Source: Priapulus caudatus (lineage: Eukaryota). Taken from it: a stretch of DNA of 64,000 nucleotides. Below the pieces are notes generated by a model that made no database searches, was not told where the DNA came from, and saw only the letters and a list, made by a program, of their open reading frames with translations. Positions 1 to 14,123 of this stretch are shown here, one piece after another (within the stretch, counting starts at the first letter, position 1; the number at the start of each line of letters is the position of its first letter). The stretch spans positions 471,674 to 535,673 of the forward strand of contig NW_014577076.1 in NCBI RefSeq assembly GCF_000485595.1, written 5' to 3'. Both the position numbers and the translations under genes were made by a program.

Positions 1-1516
1 TTACGTTAGCTATGCTAGCACTATGCGCTGCCATCCAATGCTCTGCTAATAGACCATCCATCTTCTCATCTATTTATTTTCCTTAATATTTTTCTGTTAT
101 AGTTTCCTCATCATTCATGGAACTCGCGTCTGTTATCCCTGAGCAGCCCAAAAATTATTATAAAACACGATAATACCCAATTTTAGAGAACACACAGCCT
201 GTTCCCTCAGGAGGATGGCATACCTAGCGTTCAAGCCAACCGACTTCCTGAGTTTCCGCTTTCGCCAGCTCTTAAATTCACACTCTCAGAATATCTTGCT
301 CTCACCTACTTGCGCAACGGAACTTCAAGAAACGGCGAGAAAATGTTCTAAGCCAGCGTTTACCACTGATAATTCAACTACAACGTTTTCAGCTTATGTT
401 TTGCCCATCCAGTGTCATCAACATTTTGCCATCCTTTGTGCCCACCTCTTCGACCAATATGAGATTTCCTACGTCCACGTTTTGATTACACTCGCGTGAG
501 ATACCGCCAATATGCATTATCAGTGGCGAAAGCATATAAGGGCCTATCCTCTCCACGCGCATTGAATAAGCACGGAGCATTTTCTGAGTACGAGTTTTAT
601 GATGCGAATTGTATGCTTTAGTCAAATTGAACAGCCAAATACCAACAGAGTAAAAGCATAAATATATGGAGACACATATAGAAATCGAAAAGGACACAAG
701 AACGAAGAGAAGATACTGAAACGTATACAAACATGCCACATTTTTCCATCACATTGAATTGTGACCCAAGCCGAGACGATCGATTCGGTACAAAAACAAT
801 AGCGGCAGCGTATAGGACACAGAAAAGCAGACCTTCCGACACATCTGTAATATCGAGCGTATTGCAATTTCTATATGTACAGCGACGTGAGAAAAATTAA
901 AGTGCCTGAAGACCTCTTTAATCAGTTCATAACAACCAATTCTGTACAAATGCCATCGAATGTTCAAGTATGCAGCACTCTAAACAAACACATCACTGAT
1001 TAAGTGGTATCATTGCGTATAATAATCTGCCTTTGTTATAAATCATTATAATCATTATATTACATTACGTAAATTGTTGTTTGGTCCACACGCGCCATAC
1101 CTTCAACCTTTTAAATGTGACCTCCTTGTCCTTTAGCGCCATACTTGAATATAATTGCACCTGGATAAGGAGAGAGCTACGACGCTATAGTTGTTTGTTA
1201 ATGCGATATAGATATCGAATTATTTACACCTCAGTATTAGAAATTAACTTAGCGACAACGGGTCGTTTACACCGTTAGCATGATAGCGTATAGCTATTTT
1301 TAGTTAAACAGTTCAATGGTACACAACAAGCAAAAGTCATCACGCCTCCGACTGGCCCGACGAGAAAGATGTACGACCGGCACAGCGGGAGCCTAAGCAA
1401 CCGAAGTCGCACCCAATCGATGTTACGACCGCCCAGGGTTACGACTGGTACGAGTCTTATTTGACGATCATGTCACACGCCGCGCTGGCGCGGCGCGAAT
1501 GGCACAACAAAAGAAA

Positions 1517-3294
1517 GATCAAGAAACGGCCAGTTGTCGCCAACTAAATAGTATCCCCGTGATCTAGTATGACATGAATATCTTCTGTAAGACGTAGAAG
1601 GCAGGTAAAAGGTTAAAATATCCAGTCACAAAGACAAAGGTTTCGTTAGACAACTGGTCTGCCTCAGATTCTGCAAGTATATGCGAAATGCTGGTTACAC
1701 CTAGGAGGAATATTTTTCACTGGTGAACAGTACCCGCCCCGCCCTACCCCCCTCTTCGTTACCGATGGGCTTCTTGGTCGTTAACTAATGTCCGTAAGGA
1801 ACTTTTAGAATCGGCAGCAGGTACCGATTACGAAAATTGTCCGCACATGGCGACTGCGACGCAAGCGTGAAATGTATGTCCTGTCCGTCTGAAATGTTGC
1901 TTTTTTAACCGTTGTGACGGAACTATAGGCTAGTGATCTAGCTTACTCGTCTTCCCGTCTCGAAACCCTCCGTAAAGAGGCTAAATGGGTGAAATCTCGT
2001 CTATGCGCGGTTTTCGAGGCAGATACGCGTAGAATTTCGCGCCGGCCGATTAAACAGTAATGGCCCATAATACATTTCATGTGTTTTGCTCGTACACTCC
2101 ACCATTCTCCAATAAACACACTTCACACAGTTCCATGTCATAAATACTACCTAATACTGTAGACTATACGCGAGGATACAAATAGAGTACGGCAGCAAAT
2201 AAATGAGGGAGTGCGTTTCTGGTCAAGACTATCGTGATTTGGAAATCTCGCGATTGCGATAGGATCTAGGGGCACTAATGGAGACCTTTTAAGTTCGTAA
2301 AGACCTTAATAATTATAAGCGTATATAATAATCACATGACTATAATTGAATAAATTTACACAACTTGTAGTACAGCGTTCCTGATCACATGCGATACCGA
2401 TGAGCCAACTCCCTTTCGTCTGGCGGTTTGACAGTGTTCCGCGGCCGGGCGGCGCAGGAGGCAGTCATAACCCATCTGGCGCATGCGGTTCAATATGTAT
2501 ACTATGATATATGATACCAAATAGTATGACGCTCATACACCATTGACAGTTCGACGCTATGTTCTGCGCATCGTAGGTTACGATCTCCGCAAGAGCCCGG
2601 ATTGCAGAGTAAAACTCCCGACAACTATTGTTTTATCTCGATGCGTATATCCTGCTTGCATATGCAGGTCGCTTCTGGAATATGTTGGCCATGAAGGCTG
2701 CACGTTATGCCTAAGAAGCAAAGACGCATTGTTTTTGGTGTGGGCCAGGACGCTCCATCTGTTTCCATGCCCTGGTAACAACGGTTCTTTGTGTGAACAT
2801 ATTGTAGAACCATTACAGGTTAACGTTGTCGCTTGTTGTATTACGATCTTTCGTGGGAATTTGGCAACAGGGCCAGATACCTAAACTGTCATATATGAGT
2901 GTAGTAGTGGGGTCTATGTATATATAGTATATATTTGTGATGGACAACTCATAAATTCTATATATAAATTTAAACTACCAAATTTTATACAAATATTTTA
3001 TTTCTTTATACTTTTTTTGCAAAATATTTCTTTTTTCTTTTATTTTTTCTAAATCTTTTTAAATTATTAATTTTAATACAAACACATCTAATTTCATGAC
3101 AATCGTGGGTAAAAAGTGCAGAAGTTACAGGTTCTAGAATATTTCGACAAAAAATGTTGTTACCATGGCAACGATGACTACGCCCAAACCAAAAACGATA
3201 GGTGTCTTCGCTTTACGATAACGCACCTTCATTCAAAATTTGAAGATGATCCGAGAAGAACTGCAGCCGGTAGAGCGCTCACAAGGAAATCTCT

Positions 3295-3328
<34 letters not shown>

Positions 3329-3381
3329 GACGATGCCAAATCCATAGTATCCCCACGAACTTCGTTCGGGGGATACAATAA
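1517..3381 (-). mobile_element. HINE-like element, ~1.85-kb variant, copy 1 (left part indel-rich)
   Basis: Left end ...CAGTTGTCGCCAACTA..GTATCCCCGTG. Right end (GGC)n then GTATCCCCACGAACTTCGTTCGGGGGATACAATAA. Confidence 0.7.
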
Positions 3382-3908
3382 ATATGCGACGACGACAGAG
3401 AAAGTAATCACCTACGCAAGGCTGAAAGAAATGGAGTGACACAGCGGGACCTCAATCTAACACCGGTGTCGCACAAGTTTTACAACCCAACCAGGGTTAA
3501 GACTGTGCGATATCTTTACCATTGTCAAGCCGAGCACGCCGCGTGCACGTGGCATCAGCGGTATGGCATAAGCCGGCACTATGACATTTTAGTACCCATA
3601 GGAGGCTGCTCGACGAGGGCTTCGAGAAACTTCTATCGATGCCTCCACCATATCTGCAAGGACTCCGCGGCTGCCGTTCTCACGCTAGAGAAGGAAGTCT
3701 CTCACCTTCAGTTGTCCATCAAATCCTGGAGAAGGACACAGGATTGCACCATCGCATGCAATACAGCCTTGAGGACACTTGGGCCATGCATTCCTCCAGT
3801 TGCATAAATACCGAACAGTTTCGACAGAAAGGCAGACACAGTTTCCAGGCGCTAAACAGTTCCCGACGCTGTCAGCAGCGCACTGCTCTCACCTGCTGCT
3901 CGCTGCCA

Positions 3909-3976
3909 CCGTTGCCGCCGGACGCCGCCGCCGTTGCCGCCGGACGCCGCCGCCGTTGCCGCCGGACGCCGCCGCC
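3909..3976. repeat. 22-bp GC-rich minisatellite x3
   Basis: CCGTTGCCGCCGGACGCCGCCG at 3909, 3931 and 3953. Confidence 0.9.
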
Positions 3977-4294
3977 TGACTGCATGAGGACCTGCATGAG
4001 TGTGACATATCGACGGGAGAAGTGGCGTATAGTCCGGGGGCGTGATTTTTATTCCCACTCAGATAGTGGCATTAATTTGCATGCCTGCTGCTCTTAGGTC
4101 GTAAGATATGAACCATTTGTAACGCGTATTTGATTATTGGCCTATGATATTCATTATTAAAGAAAAGAGTAACCGTAGTAATTCTGTGGTTATAGCATTA
4201 TACTGTCTGTGGCTTAAGTGCAATAGCACACGTGCCTATATTACACGGGCTCACAAGCTTCTCTATATATATTGTGAGGAAGCTGCATATATGC

Positions 4295-4483
4295 TTATTG
4301 TATCCCCCGAACGAAGTTCGTGGGGATACTATGGATTTGGCATCGTCGCGCCGCCGCCTCCGCCGCCGCCGCCGCCGCAGAGATTTCCTTGTGAGCGCTC
4401 TACCGGCTGCAGGTCTTCTCGGATCATCTTCAAATTTTGAATGAAGATGCGTTATCGTAAAGCGAAGACACCTATCGTTTTTG
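4295..4483 (+). mobile_element. Truncated terminal fragment of the same HINE-like element
   Basis: Near-perfect reverse complement of ~3193-3381. Similarity stops abruptly at 4483. Confidence 0.75.
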
Positions 4484-5335
4484 ATGTATGATATCAACTT
4501 TCCACTATAGGCAACATTAACTTTCGTCAAATCCAGTAATCGCATCAGAAATGAGCGTCGCGTGAATGATAGCATTACACGTGTTGCGTTGAACGCAATA
4601 GATTCTAGATATAATCGAGAAGCTTCAGCCACGTCAATGAGTAAGCTAATACACTGGTGCCCCACCCTTCCCCCACCTGCTGAGGATTTACCACACCGAA
4701 AATTGACAACACCAGCAACATTCAAGCTCAGTTCACATACGCACACCACGAAACATACGTGTTCAATGCGCCTAACAGAATGGGCAGGAATAAAGTGGCC
4801 AAATAAACCTTGGGCGCATTGATGATTCAAATTTAATGATGCAGGGGACGAGGACGCAACTATACATGGCTTGTTATTGTATCTAGATGTAATTATATAG
4901 TGTATACATTATAGTCGAGTGCAGACAAACACCATATGGCAATGAGTTATAGCAGAGAGTAAATAATGACCACGTTGTTATCATATAATGTTTCAATTTT
5001 GTTTGAAATAGAGATATGCGTGTATACTTATTCTAAGGCACACACTTCTTCTCAAATTCCATCCCGACTGCCCCTTCCCTGAATTCTCTCTGTGATGAGA
5101 ATTCCACCATCTTGTGACAAATCACTGAAGCCATGAACCTGTGCATGTTGAAGCGTACAGAGCTTCGTGCCGATACTACTTCATAAGAGCGAACTGAGCT
5201 AATTACAAGACTTACATTAACTAGCACTTCTCATTTTCCGACATTCGATACAATGAATGGTGTACATGGCCACATAAGACTGGGCAGCAGTGCGACATAA
5301 AGAAACACGGTAGGAGCAGCAGTCTGTCTACTCAC

Positions 5336-5455
5336 TATATGCCATTTGGATCCTTCTCCGTGAGCTTTTCGAGGACGTTGATCTCCAGCTTCGCAGCCTC
5401 CCGGTACTTCTCCACATTTTTGATCACCTTCAGTGCAATCGTTTGGCCGTTAGCG
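5336..5455 (-). CDS. CLK2/Doa: CLK/Doa coding exon 5 (kinase subdomains II-III)
   Basis: Acceptor tttattgttgcag, 120 nt, phase 2 to 2. Encodes (S)[39 protein letters not shown], typical of CLK/Doa. Donor ATA|GTGAGT. Confidence 0.95.
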
Positions 5456-6828
5456 CTGCAACAATAAAGTACACGTTTAGTTACAAGCATTGCATTTGCC
5501 AAAAGTAGTTCGTGGAATTTCATGCTATTGCTAATGATGGTTTATGTGAGGAAATGCTTTTTTGTAAAAAAATCTCCTCACAATTTGGTGAAACATGCAG
5601 TTATTTTAACTTAATGATTTTTACATATATTCGTTTCAGGTACAACGAGATTCGAGTGGTAAACTTCGCTCGATATAATTGCGTAGCATGTCACGTTAGC
5701 ACTTAAAGTTAAAGATGAGGTTGTACACTATATATATATATACTATTGACGTACATTACGGACGTATAGTACAACACTGGCACGCGACGCCAGCACGCGA
5801 GACTACGCCTGTCCTTATCACCACACACGCAGCTAGTACTCTCGGCTGCCTACTAAGGAGGCCCTACATCACAATAGAACCCGAGAAGATCGAAGGCGAA
5901 ACTTTCCGTTGCCGCGTCAATCAGTAGTACTGTGCGTATACGCGTACAAAGGCCATTTTCCCGTTGACTTATTCATATCGAGATTGCTTCCCGCTTTCCG
6001 TTCAATTCTGAAACAGTATTTTCTTTGAGATGCGTTTTTAATGCTCTGTGTTTCTGCTACGTCAAATTTCAGTGAATCGCGGTGGGTGAGCGGTAATCTT
6101 CATATCAATTCATTAAATGGGGATAGCCTGTTGTGTAGACACTACAAAGCTTCCCATTCATCACTTGTCTAAATAAAACTTAAGCCATTCTCCCCAGGGT
6201 CTAGCATGATTCTAGTCGGGGGCGACAACTCGCATATTCAAATCAATCTCAAAAACTCACGATCAGCACACACACTTTCATGCCCATCCTGAGCCGGATG
6301 CGCACTAATGAAATGCTGCGAATAATTACCAGCGCGATCGAGCGCATAGCTGCGCATCTCAGGTGGGCTTCATCTTCGTCAACTAATTAAGCAGTTTGAC
6401 GACGACGCCAGGGCCGCAGCTGCTCATTCACCTCGCATCGACAGATGCCTGCATGCGCTCAGCGCTATTCAATACATGACACGCTTAGCACACCCACCAC
6501 AGGATCACGCGTTCAGAAACAGAGCTCAGGGGCAAGGCATTATTTTAAACCCCAATGAACACGCTATAAGCTTCCTATGTAAGTTTCGTAGCAAAGTCTA
6601 TACAATAACAACCCCGCCGCTGACACGTGTTGCTGAATACCTTCACAATAATCACATCGTACTTTTTAACTAGAACCTCAATGAGTACATAAATATCTGC
6701 AGAAATCACGTAAATGTTGTGTCGTACTATAAGAACACTTCGCCTCGTCACGATCTTGTATTCTACAAAATTCAGGCGAAGATGATGCACTGAAGTGATC
6801 AATTAAGGTCCCAATATTAAACATACTA

Positions 6829-6830
<2 letters not shown>

Positions 6831-6870
<40 letters not shown>
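6831..6870. repeat. (AT)20 microsatellite
   Basis: Direct reading. Confidence 0.95.
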
Positions 6871-6874
<4 letters not shown>

Positions 6875-8079
6875 ACGCGTTTGACCCATTATATGGTTAT
6901 GGAAATGAAGAAGTGTTCCAGACGGATTAGGGAGACCGGCAGTTATGGAACTTCATTACGAGCGGTTACATAATTAGATTACAGGCAGAGCTAAATAACT
7001 CAGCAACAGGAAGGAGGAACTGCCCTTGGGTATGTGCGCACTAGAAAACATATGGAGGTTAGTAACTGGAAAGTCATTGACCTCTGCACTGCTTTGTGCA
7101 GCGATTCTTAGAAGAGCCTATACATAGCGGTTTTTGTCTCATAGAAATCTGTTGCAAATAAGCTCCTTATTGCGCTTTCCCAACCGCACTTGCGTTCACT
7201 GCGATGATAACAGGGCAATGCTGAATATGCCACGTGAGTTCGAGTTATAGTGCAGTCTATAAGTCATACAAGATCACATCGCTGCTAGCTAGGCACGGAC
7301 GGGAACAGAACGTTTACGACTATTAATAACTCATCTATGTATATGTCACATTAGCCAAAGAGAAAAAGAAGACAAGCAGTCGGATGATTCAGGTTGAATG
7401 CCGGCATCCCAGTGTGCTGGCGCCAACACACACACACACAGACGCAATTAACCAGCTCTCGCTGCTTTACTGATATAGCTTTCAATCTAATTTCACCGGA
7501 GCCTAAATAATTAATCTCCATTTTTAGTAATGAAACAGTTATATTGGCATTGTATATAACAGCAATCCAGTGATTTCTAGGATGCGACCTAAAGCAGCCT
7601 ATACCGGCCAGTATAGGGCCATCACTCGTCTACAGTCGGTACACACTACACAGTAATGCCTCCCCGATGACTGCTAGCTAGCACGAGTATGCATGGCCTC
7701 CACAAGATGCGAACCCATTCTATCTTTCCGATGAATGCCGTCGCATCCTTCTCTGAGCCAGCACTTAGTGTGAGCAGTTAGCAGACTTTCTCAAGCAGTT
7801 TGCTGACCAAAAAAACACAAACGGCTGAATGGTTCGTGTGCCACACCAATTCATCATTCTTGCCAATCACACTCTCTTTGCGCGAATGGTAACTGCTTTG
7901 CTCGCGGTACTCGGAAATTTACGGTCTCGTAAAAATAACACCGCTTTATAATACCACACAAATCACGCAAATCGATCGTTCGGTAGCTATCTTGTGCATA
8001 ACTGTCATCTGAATTAAAAATAAAACCTAGCGCTATGTCGGTAAAAATGTTACCCGTATGAAATGACCTGCACTGGTAA

Positions 8080-11000
8080 TTACGTTAGCCTAGTGCTAGC
8101 ACTATAGCGCTGCCATCATCTCTGTATAGAACCATCATCTTCTATTATTTATTTCCTTAATATTTTTCTTTATAGTTTCCTCATCATCATGGAATCGCGT
8201 CCTGTTATCCCTGAGCAGCCAAAACACTATATAAACACCGATAATACCCACATTTAGACGAACAACAGCTGTTCCTAGGGGATGGCATATAGGCGTTCAA
8301 AGCCAACGCTTCCCTGAGTTCTCGCTTCGCAGCTCTTAATCACACTCTCAGAATATCTTGCTCTCACCATATTGCGCAACGGAATCAAAGAAACCCCGAG
8401 AAATGTTCTAAAGCCAGCGTTTACACTGATAACATTCAACTACAACTTTCAGCTTATTTTTTGCCATCAGTGTCATCAACATTGCCATCCTTTGTGCCAC
8501 TCTTCCGACCCAATATAGGATTTCCTACTCCAGCGTTTTGATTAACTACCGTGAGATACGGCCAATTCATATCAGTGGCCGAACAGCATATAGGCCTATC
8601 TTCCACGCGCATTAAATAAGCACGGACATTTTCTGAGATACGAGTTTTATGATGAATGTATCTTTAGTAATTGAAAAAGCCAATACCACGAGTGGCAATT
8701 ATGGAGACACATCTAGAAAATCGAGGACACAGCGAAAGGAAGGTGCTGAAACGTATACAACATGCCACATTTCCCATCACATGAAGTTGTGACCAAACCG
8801 AGACGATCGATTGTAAAAAAAATAGCGGCACGTATAGGAACAGAAAAGCAGACTTCCGACAACATCTGTAATATCAGGTATGCAATTCTATATTGTACAG
8901 CCACGGAGAAAAATAATGCCTGAAACCTCTTTAATAGTTCATAACAACAATTCTGTACAAAATGCCATGAATGTTCAATATGGAGCACTCTAAACACACA
9001 CATCACTTATTAATAGTATCATTTATAATAATTGCCTTTGTTATAAAATCATTATAATCATTATATACATTACGTAAATTGTTGTTTTGCTCACACGGCC
9101 ATACTTCAACCTTTTAAATGTGACTCTTGTCTTTAGCGCCATACTTGAATATAATTGCCTGATAAGGAGAGACTAGACGTATAGTTGTTGTAATGACGTA
9201 TAGATATCGAATTATTTAACCTAGTATAGAATTAACTTAGCGACACGGGTCGTTTAACGTTAGCAGATAGCGTCATAGCTATTTTTAGTTAAACAGTTCA
9301 AGGTAACAACAAGCAAAAGTCATCACGCCTCCGACGGCCCCGAGAGAAAGATGTAGACGGCACAGCGGGATGCCTAGCCGAAGTCGCACCAATCGATGTT
9401 ACGACCCGCCCAGGGTTACGACTGGTACGAGTCTTATGACGATCATCAAGCCGCGCGTGGCGCGCGCGTGGCACAACAAAAGAAAACTAGAAACGGGCAG
9501 TTGTCGCCAACTACATGTATCCCCCGTGATCTAGTATGAATGGAATATCTCTGTAAGGACGTAGAAGGCAGGTAAAGTTAAATAAGTCACAAAGACAAAG
9601 GTTTGTTAGACAACTGGTCTGCCTCAGATGTGCAAGTATATGGAATCTGGTTACCCTAGGAGAAATATTTTCACTGTGAACAGTACCCCCCCCCCCTACC
9701 CCCCTCTTCGTTACCGATGAGTTTTTGTCGTTAATAATTGTCCGTAAGGACCTAGAGATGGCAGCAGGTACCGATCGAAATTCACGCAATGGCGACCTGC
9801 GAGAGCAAGCGTGAAATATGTTGTTTTTCGTTGAAATGTTGTTTTATTGAACGTTGGTGACGGAAACTATTAGCTCAGTGACATAGCTATCGTCTTCGCG
9901 ACGTTCGGGAACGCTCCCGGTAAGAGGTAAATGGGTAAATTCGGTTATGGCGGTTTTCGAGGAGATACGTGAATTTACGCGCGACCGTTAACAGTAATGC
10001 CATAATCATGTTCCTGGGTGTTTGCTGAACATTCGCACCATTTCCTCAATAAGCACATCAACACAGTTCCATGTCATAAAATACTACTAAATACTGTAGA
10101 CTATACGAGGGATACAAATAAGAGTACGCAGCAAAATGAGGGAGTGCGTTTGTAACGTATCGTGATTTGAACAATCTGCGTGAGAGGATTAGGGGTTCAT
10201 AAATGACAGAGCCTTTTAATCGTAAAGACTTAATAATTATAAGTATATAATAATCAATGTGAATATAATGAATTAATTACCCAAACTGTAGAGTAACGTC
10301 GTGATCATCGCGTAACATGACTCAGTCTGTTTCGCGTCTGGGTTACCAGTGGTTCGGCGCACGGCCGGCGGCATGGGTCAAACCCATCTCCGATGGGTAA
10401 TATGGATAGTATGATATAGTATACAAATATAGTCCTTCCCATACACCCCTTGACAGTTCAGTCGCCTATAGTTCTGCGGCGCATTAGTTAGACTCCACTC
10501 GCAAGAGCCGGAGTGCGAGAAAGCTCGCGCAATAGTTGTTATCTTCGATGGCGTTATCTGCCTGTGCATATGCAGGTCGCTTCTGGGAAGTTGCATGAAG
10601 TGCCGTTATGCTACAGCGCTAAAGACCGCCAATCTGTTTTGTTGGTGTGGGAGGAGTACCATTGTTGCCGGATTGTAAACAACGTTTTGTGGAAATATTG
10701 TAGAACCTACAGGTAACTTGTGCCTGTTTTACCCGATTTTCCGCCATTCGAATTTGGCACAACAGGGCGATTATAGACATGTATCCTATAGTATATATAT
10801 ATATATGTATAATATAGTAATGATATCCAAATCATAAATGTATATATATAAAATGTTAAATACAAATTTTAATGACAAAGTATTTTTATTTTTATATTTT
10901 TGCGAAATATTGTTTTTCTTGTTATGTTTTGTTTTTAAAGATTTTTTAATATTTTAATTTAATACAAGGACATTTAATTTCATGACAATCGGGTAAAAAG

Positions 11001-12470
11001 TGCAGAAGTTACGAGGTTTTAGAATAGTTTCGACAAAAAAGTGTGTAACCAATGGCAACGATGAACCCCACAGCCAAAAACTGATGAGGTTCTTCCCGTT
11101 TAGCCATAACGCATCTTCATTCAAATTTGAAAGATGATCCGAGAAGAACGGGCACCGGTAGAGCGCTCACAAAGGAAATTCGCGGCGGCGCGGCGGCGGC
11201 GGCGCGGCGGCGGGGCGGCGCGAACGATGCCAGAATCCATAGTATCCCACGAGACCTTCGTTGCGGGGGATACAATAAATATGCGGACGACGACAGAGAA
11301 ATAATCGACCTAGCGCAAGGCTGAAAGAAATGGAGTGACACAGGCGGGACCTCGATCTAACACGGTGCCGGACAAGTTTACCACCCAACCCAGGGTTAAG
11401 GACTGTGCGAGTAGTCTTTACCATCTGTCAAGCCCGAGCACCCGCGTGCTACGTGGCATCAGCGTATGGCAATACAGCCGGCACTTATGATCATTTTTTC
11501 GTAAACCCATTAGGAGGCTGCGTCGATAGCTAGGTTTTTCGAGAAACTTCTATCGATGCGCGTCCACTCAATATGCAAGGACTTTCCGCGGCTAGCCGTT
11601 CTCGACGCTAGAGAATGGAGTCTCTCCCTGCAGTGTGCATCAAATTCCTGGAAGAAGGTACTACAGGATTGCACCGATCGCATGCAATACAGCCATTGAG
11701 GACACTTGGCCATGCATCCTCCGAGTTGCAGTAAATTACCGAAGCAGGTTTCGACAGAAAGGCAGGACTACGTTCTCAAGGCGCTAAACGTTCCCGACCT
11801 GTCAGCAGCGCAGCGCTCTCACCTGCTGCTCGCTGGCCTACCGTGCCGCCGGATCGCCGCGCCCGTTGGCCGCCGACGCCGCCTGCCGTTGCGCCGACGC
11901 CGCCGCCGTGACTGCAATGAGGACTGCATGAGTGTGACATATCGACGGAGAAGTGCGTATAGTCCGGGCGTGATTTTTAATCCACTCAATAGTGGGCATT
12001 AAATTGCATGCCTGCTGCTCTAGGTCGTAAGATATGAAGCCATTTGTAACGCGTATATGATTATTGGCCATATATTCATTATTTAAAGAAATATGAGTAA
12101 ACCGTAGTAATCTCTGTGTTATACATTATACTGTCTGTGGCTTAATGCAATAGCACACGTGCCTAATTACACTGGGCTCACAAGCTTTCTCTATATATAG
12201 TTGTGAGGAAGCTGGCATATATGCTTATTGTATCCCCGCGAACGAAGTTCGGGGATACAGGAGATTGGCATCGTCGGCGCCGCGCGCCGCGCCGCCGCGC
12301 CGCCGCCGGCGCCGCCGACTCCGCCGCGCCGCCGCTGCCTGCCGCGCCGCCGGCCGCCGCAGAGATTTCCTTGGAGCGCTCTACCGCGGCAGGTCGTTCT
12401 CGGATCATCTTCAAACTTTTGAAATGAAAGAGGCGTTAGGTCGTAAAGCGAAGACACCTAATCGTTTTTG
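8080..12470. repeat. Direct duplication, copy B (matches 1-4483); possibly long-read gap-fill artefact
   Basis: Same alignment as copy A. The indel-dominated divergence resembles raw long-read error. Confidence 0.9.
9485..11278 (-). mobile_element. HINE-like element, copy 2 (indel-rich)
   Basis: AACTAGAAACGGGCAGTTGTCGCCAACTACATGTATCCCCCGTG ... GGGGGATACAATAA, colinear with 1517-3381. Confidence 0.75.
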
Positions 12471-14123
12471 GTGTGCGCGGAGTTCATCCGTTGCCGATGG
12501 TAACAACATTTTGTGCGAAATATTCTAGAACCTGTAACTTCTGCACTTTTTACACGATGGTGCATGAAATGTAATGTTTGTAATTAAAATTGAAAAATTT
12601 AAAAAATTCTAAAAGAAAAAGAAAAGAAAAAAAAATATTTGCAAAAAAATTCAAAAATAAAAAAAAATATTTGATTACAATTTGTATTTAAATTATATTA
12701 TAAATTTCATGATTGTCAATCAAATATATAGTATGATATATATACAACTAAACTATAGGACATGTTGATATCGGCGCTGGTGGCCACAATGTCGATTGAA
12801 ATCGGTAAAAACGCACAAGTACAGGTTTCTACAGATATTTCCACAAAAATGTTGTTACGATGGCAACGATACTCCTCCCACACCACAAAACAATTGCGGT
12901 CTTTTGCTTTATCCAATAACGCAACCTTCATGCCAAATTTGAAAGATGCATCCGAGATCAAATCCCTAAGATGCGAGAAGAAGATGCCTAAGTCAATGGT
13001 CGGAAGCTAGTGTTCCGTCCAGAAAGCGGCGTAACGGTCCCAGAAGCGACCTGCGTATGCAAGGCAAATGACCAACCGCGTCGAGATATAACGAATATTG
13101 CCGGAGTTTACTCTCGCACATCCGGCTCTGTTGCGGAGATGCGATAACTAATGGCGCGACGAAACATGAGGCGCTGCACTGTCAATGGTGTGTATGGAGG
13201 CATATATTTAGTGTATATTATATATATCATATTACGCATCGTGCTTCAAGTAGGGTTTGACCCCTGCGCGCGCGCCGTGCGCGAACACTGTAAACCCCAG
13301 ACCAAAGGATTGTCATGTACGGCAGTGATCCAGACTTACGTACAAGTTGTGTAATTATCATTATTATCATGATTATTATAATACTTAAATATTAAGTCTT
13401 TTACGATGTAAAAGGTCTGTCATTATGAACCCCTAATCCTATTCAAACGCAGATTGTGTCAAATCCACGATAGTACAAAAGCTCACTCCTCGATTTGCTG
13501 CGTACTCTGATTGATCCTCGTATAGTCTACAGTATTTTAGTATATTTTATGACATGGAACTGTGTGATGTGTTTATTGAGAAATGCTGGATGTACAGCAA
13601 ACACCAGAAATGATTATGGCCATTACTGTTAACGGCCGCGCGTAAATTCACGTATCTCCTCGAAAACCGCCATATGACGAATTTACCCATTTACCTCTTA
13701 CCGGAGGCTTCGAACGTGCGAAGACGATAAGCTATGTCACTAGCCTATATTTCCGTCACACTAATAAAAACAACTTTCAACGACAACAACATTTCACCCT
13801 TTGCCTTCGCCAGATCGCCATTGCGGAATTTGCGATCGGTACCTGCGGCCGAGCTAGGTCCTTACGGACAATTATTAACGACAAAAACTCATCGGTAACG
13901 AAGAGGGGGGTAGGGGGGGGGGTACTGTTCACAGTGAAAATATTCCTCCTAGGGTAACCAGATTCCATATACTTGCACATCTGAGGCAGACCAGTTGTCT
14001 AACAAACCTTTGTCTTTGTGACTTATTTAACTTTACCTGCCTTCTACGTCCTTACAGAGATATTCCATTCATACTAGATCACGGGGGATACATGTAGTTG
14101 GCGACAACTGCCCGTTTCTAGTT
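12225..14123 (+). mobile_element. HINE-like element, copy 3 (inverted, full length)
   Basis: TTATTGTATCCCC ... CACGGGGGATACATGTAGTTGGCGACAACTGCCCGTTTCTAGTT, the reverse complement of copy 2. Confidence 0.75.

Larger units (their letters stand above)
1..4483. repeat. Direct duplication, copy A (matches 8080-12470)
   Basis: Colinear throughout from ttacgttagc at 1/8080 to atcgtttttg ending 4483/12470. Differences are mostly 1-nt indels. Confidence 0.9.

Noticed and set aside
215..967. Cluster of short ORFs, possible next kinase exon or TE gene remnant
   Set aside because: No CLK subdomain IV-V motif, and frames are not preserved in the duplicate at 8.3-9.0 kb. The sequence is too error-rich to interpret.
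3116..4830. Poly-Arg and poly-Pro ORFs
   Set aside because: They come from the (GGC)n tract in HINE termini and a 22-bp minisatellite. No recognisable domain.
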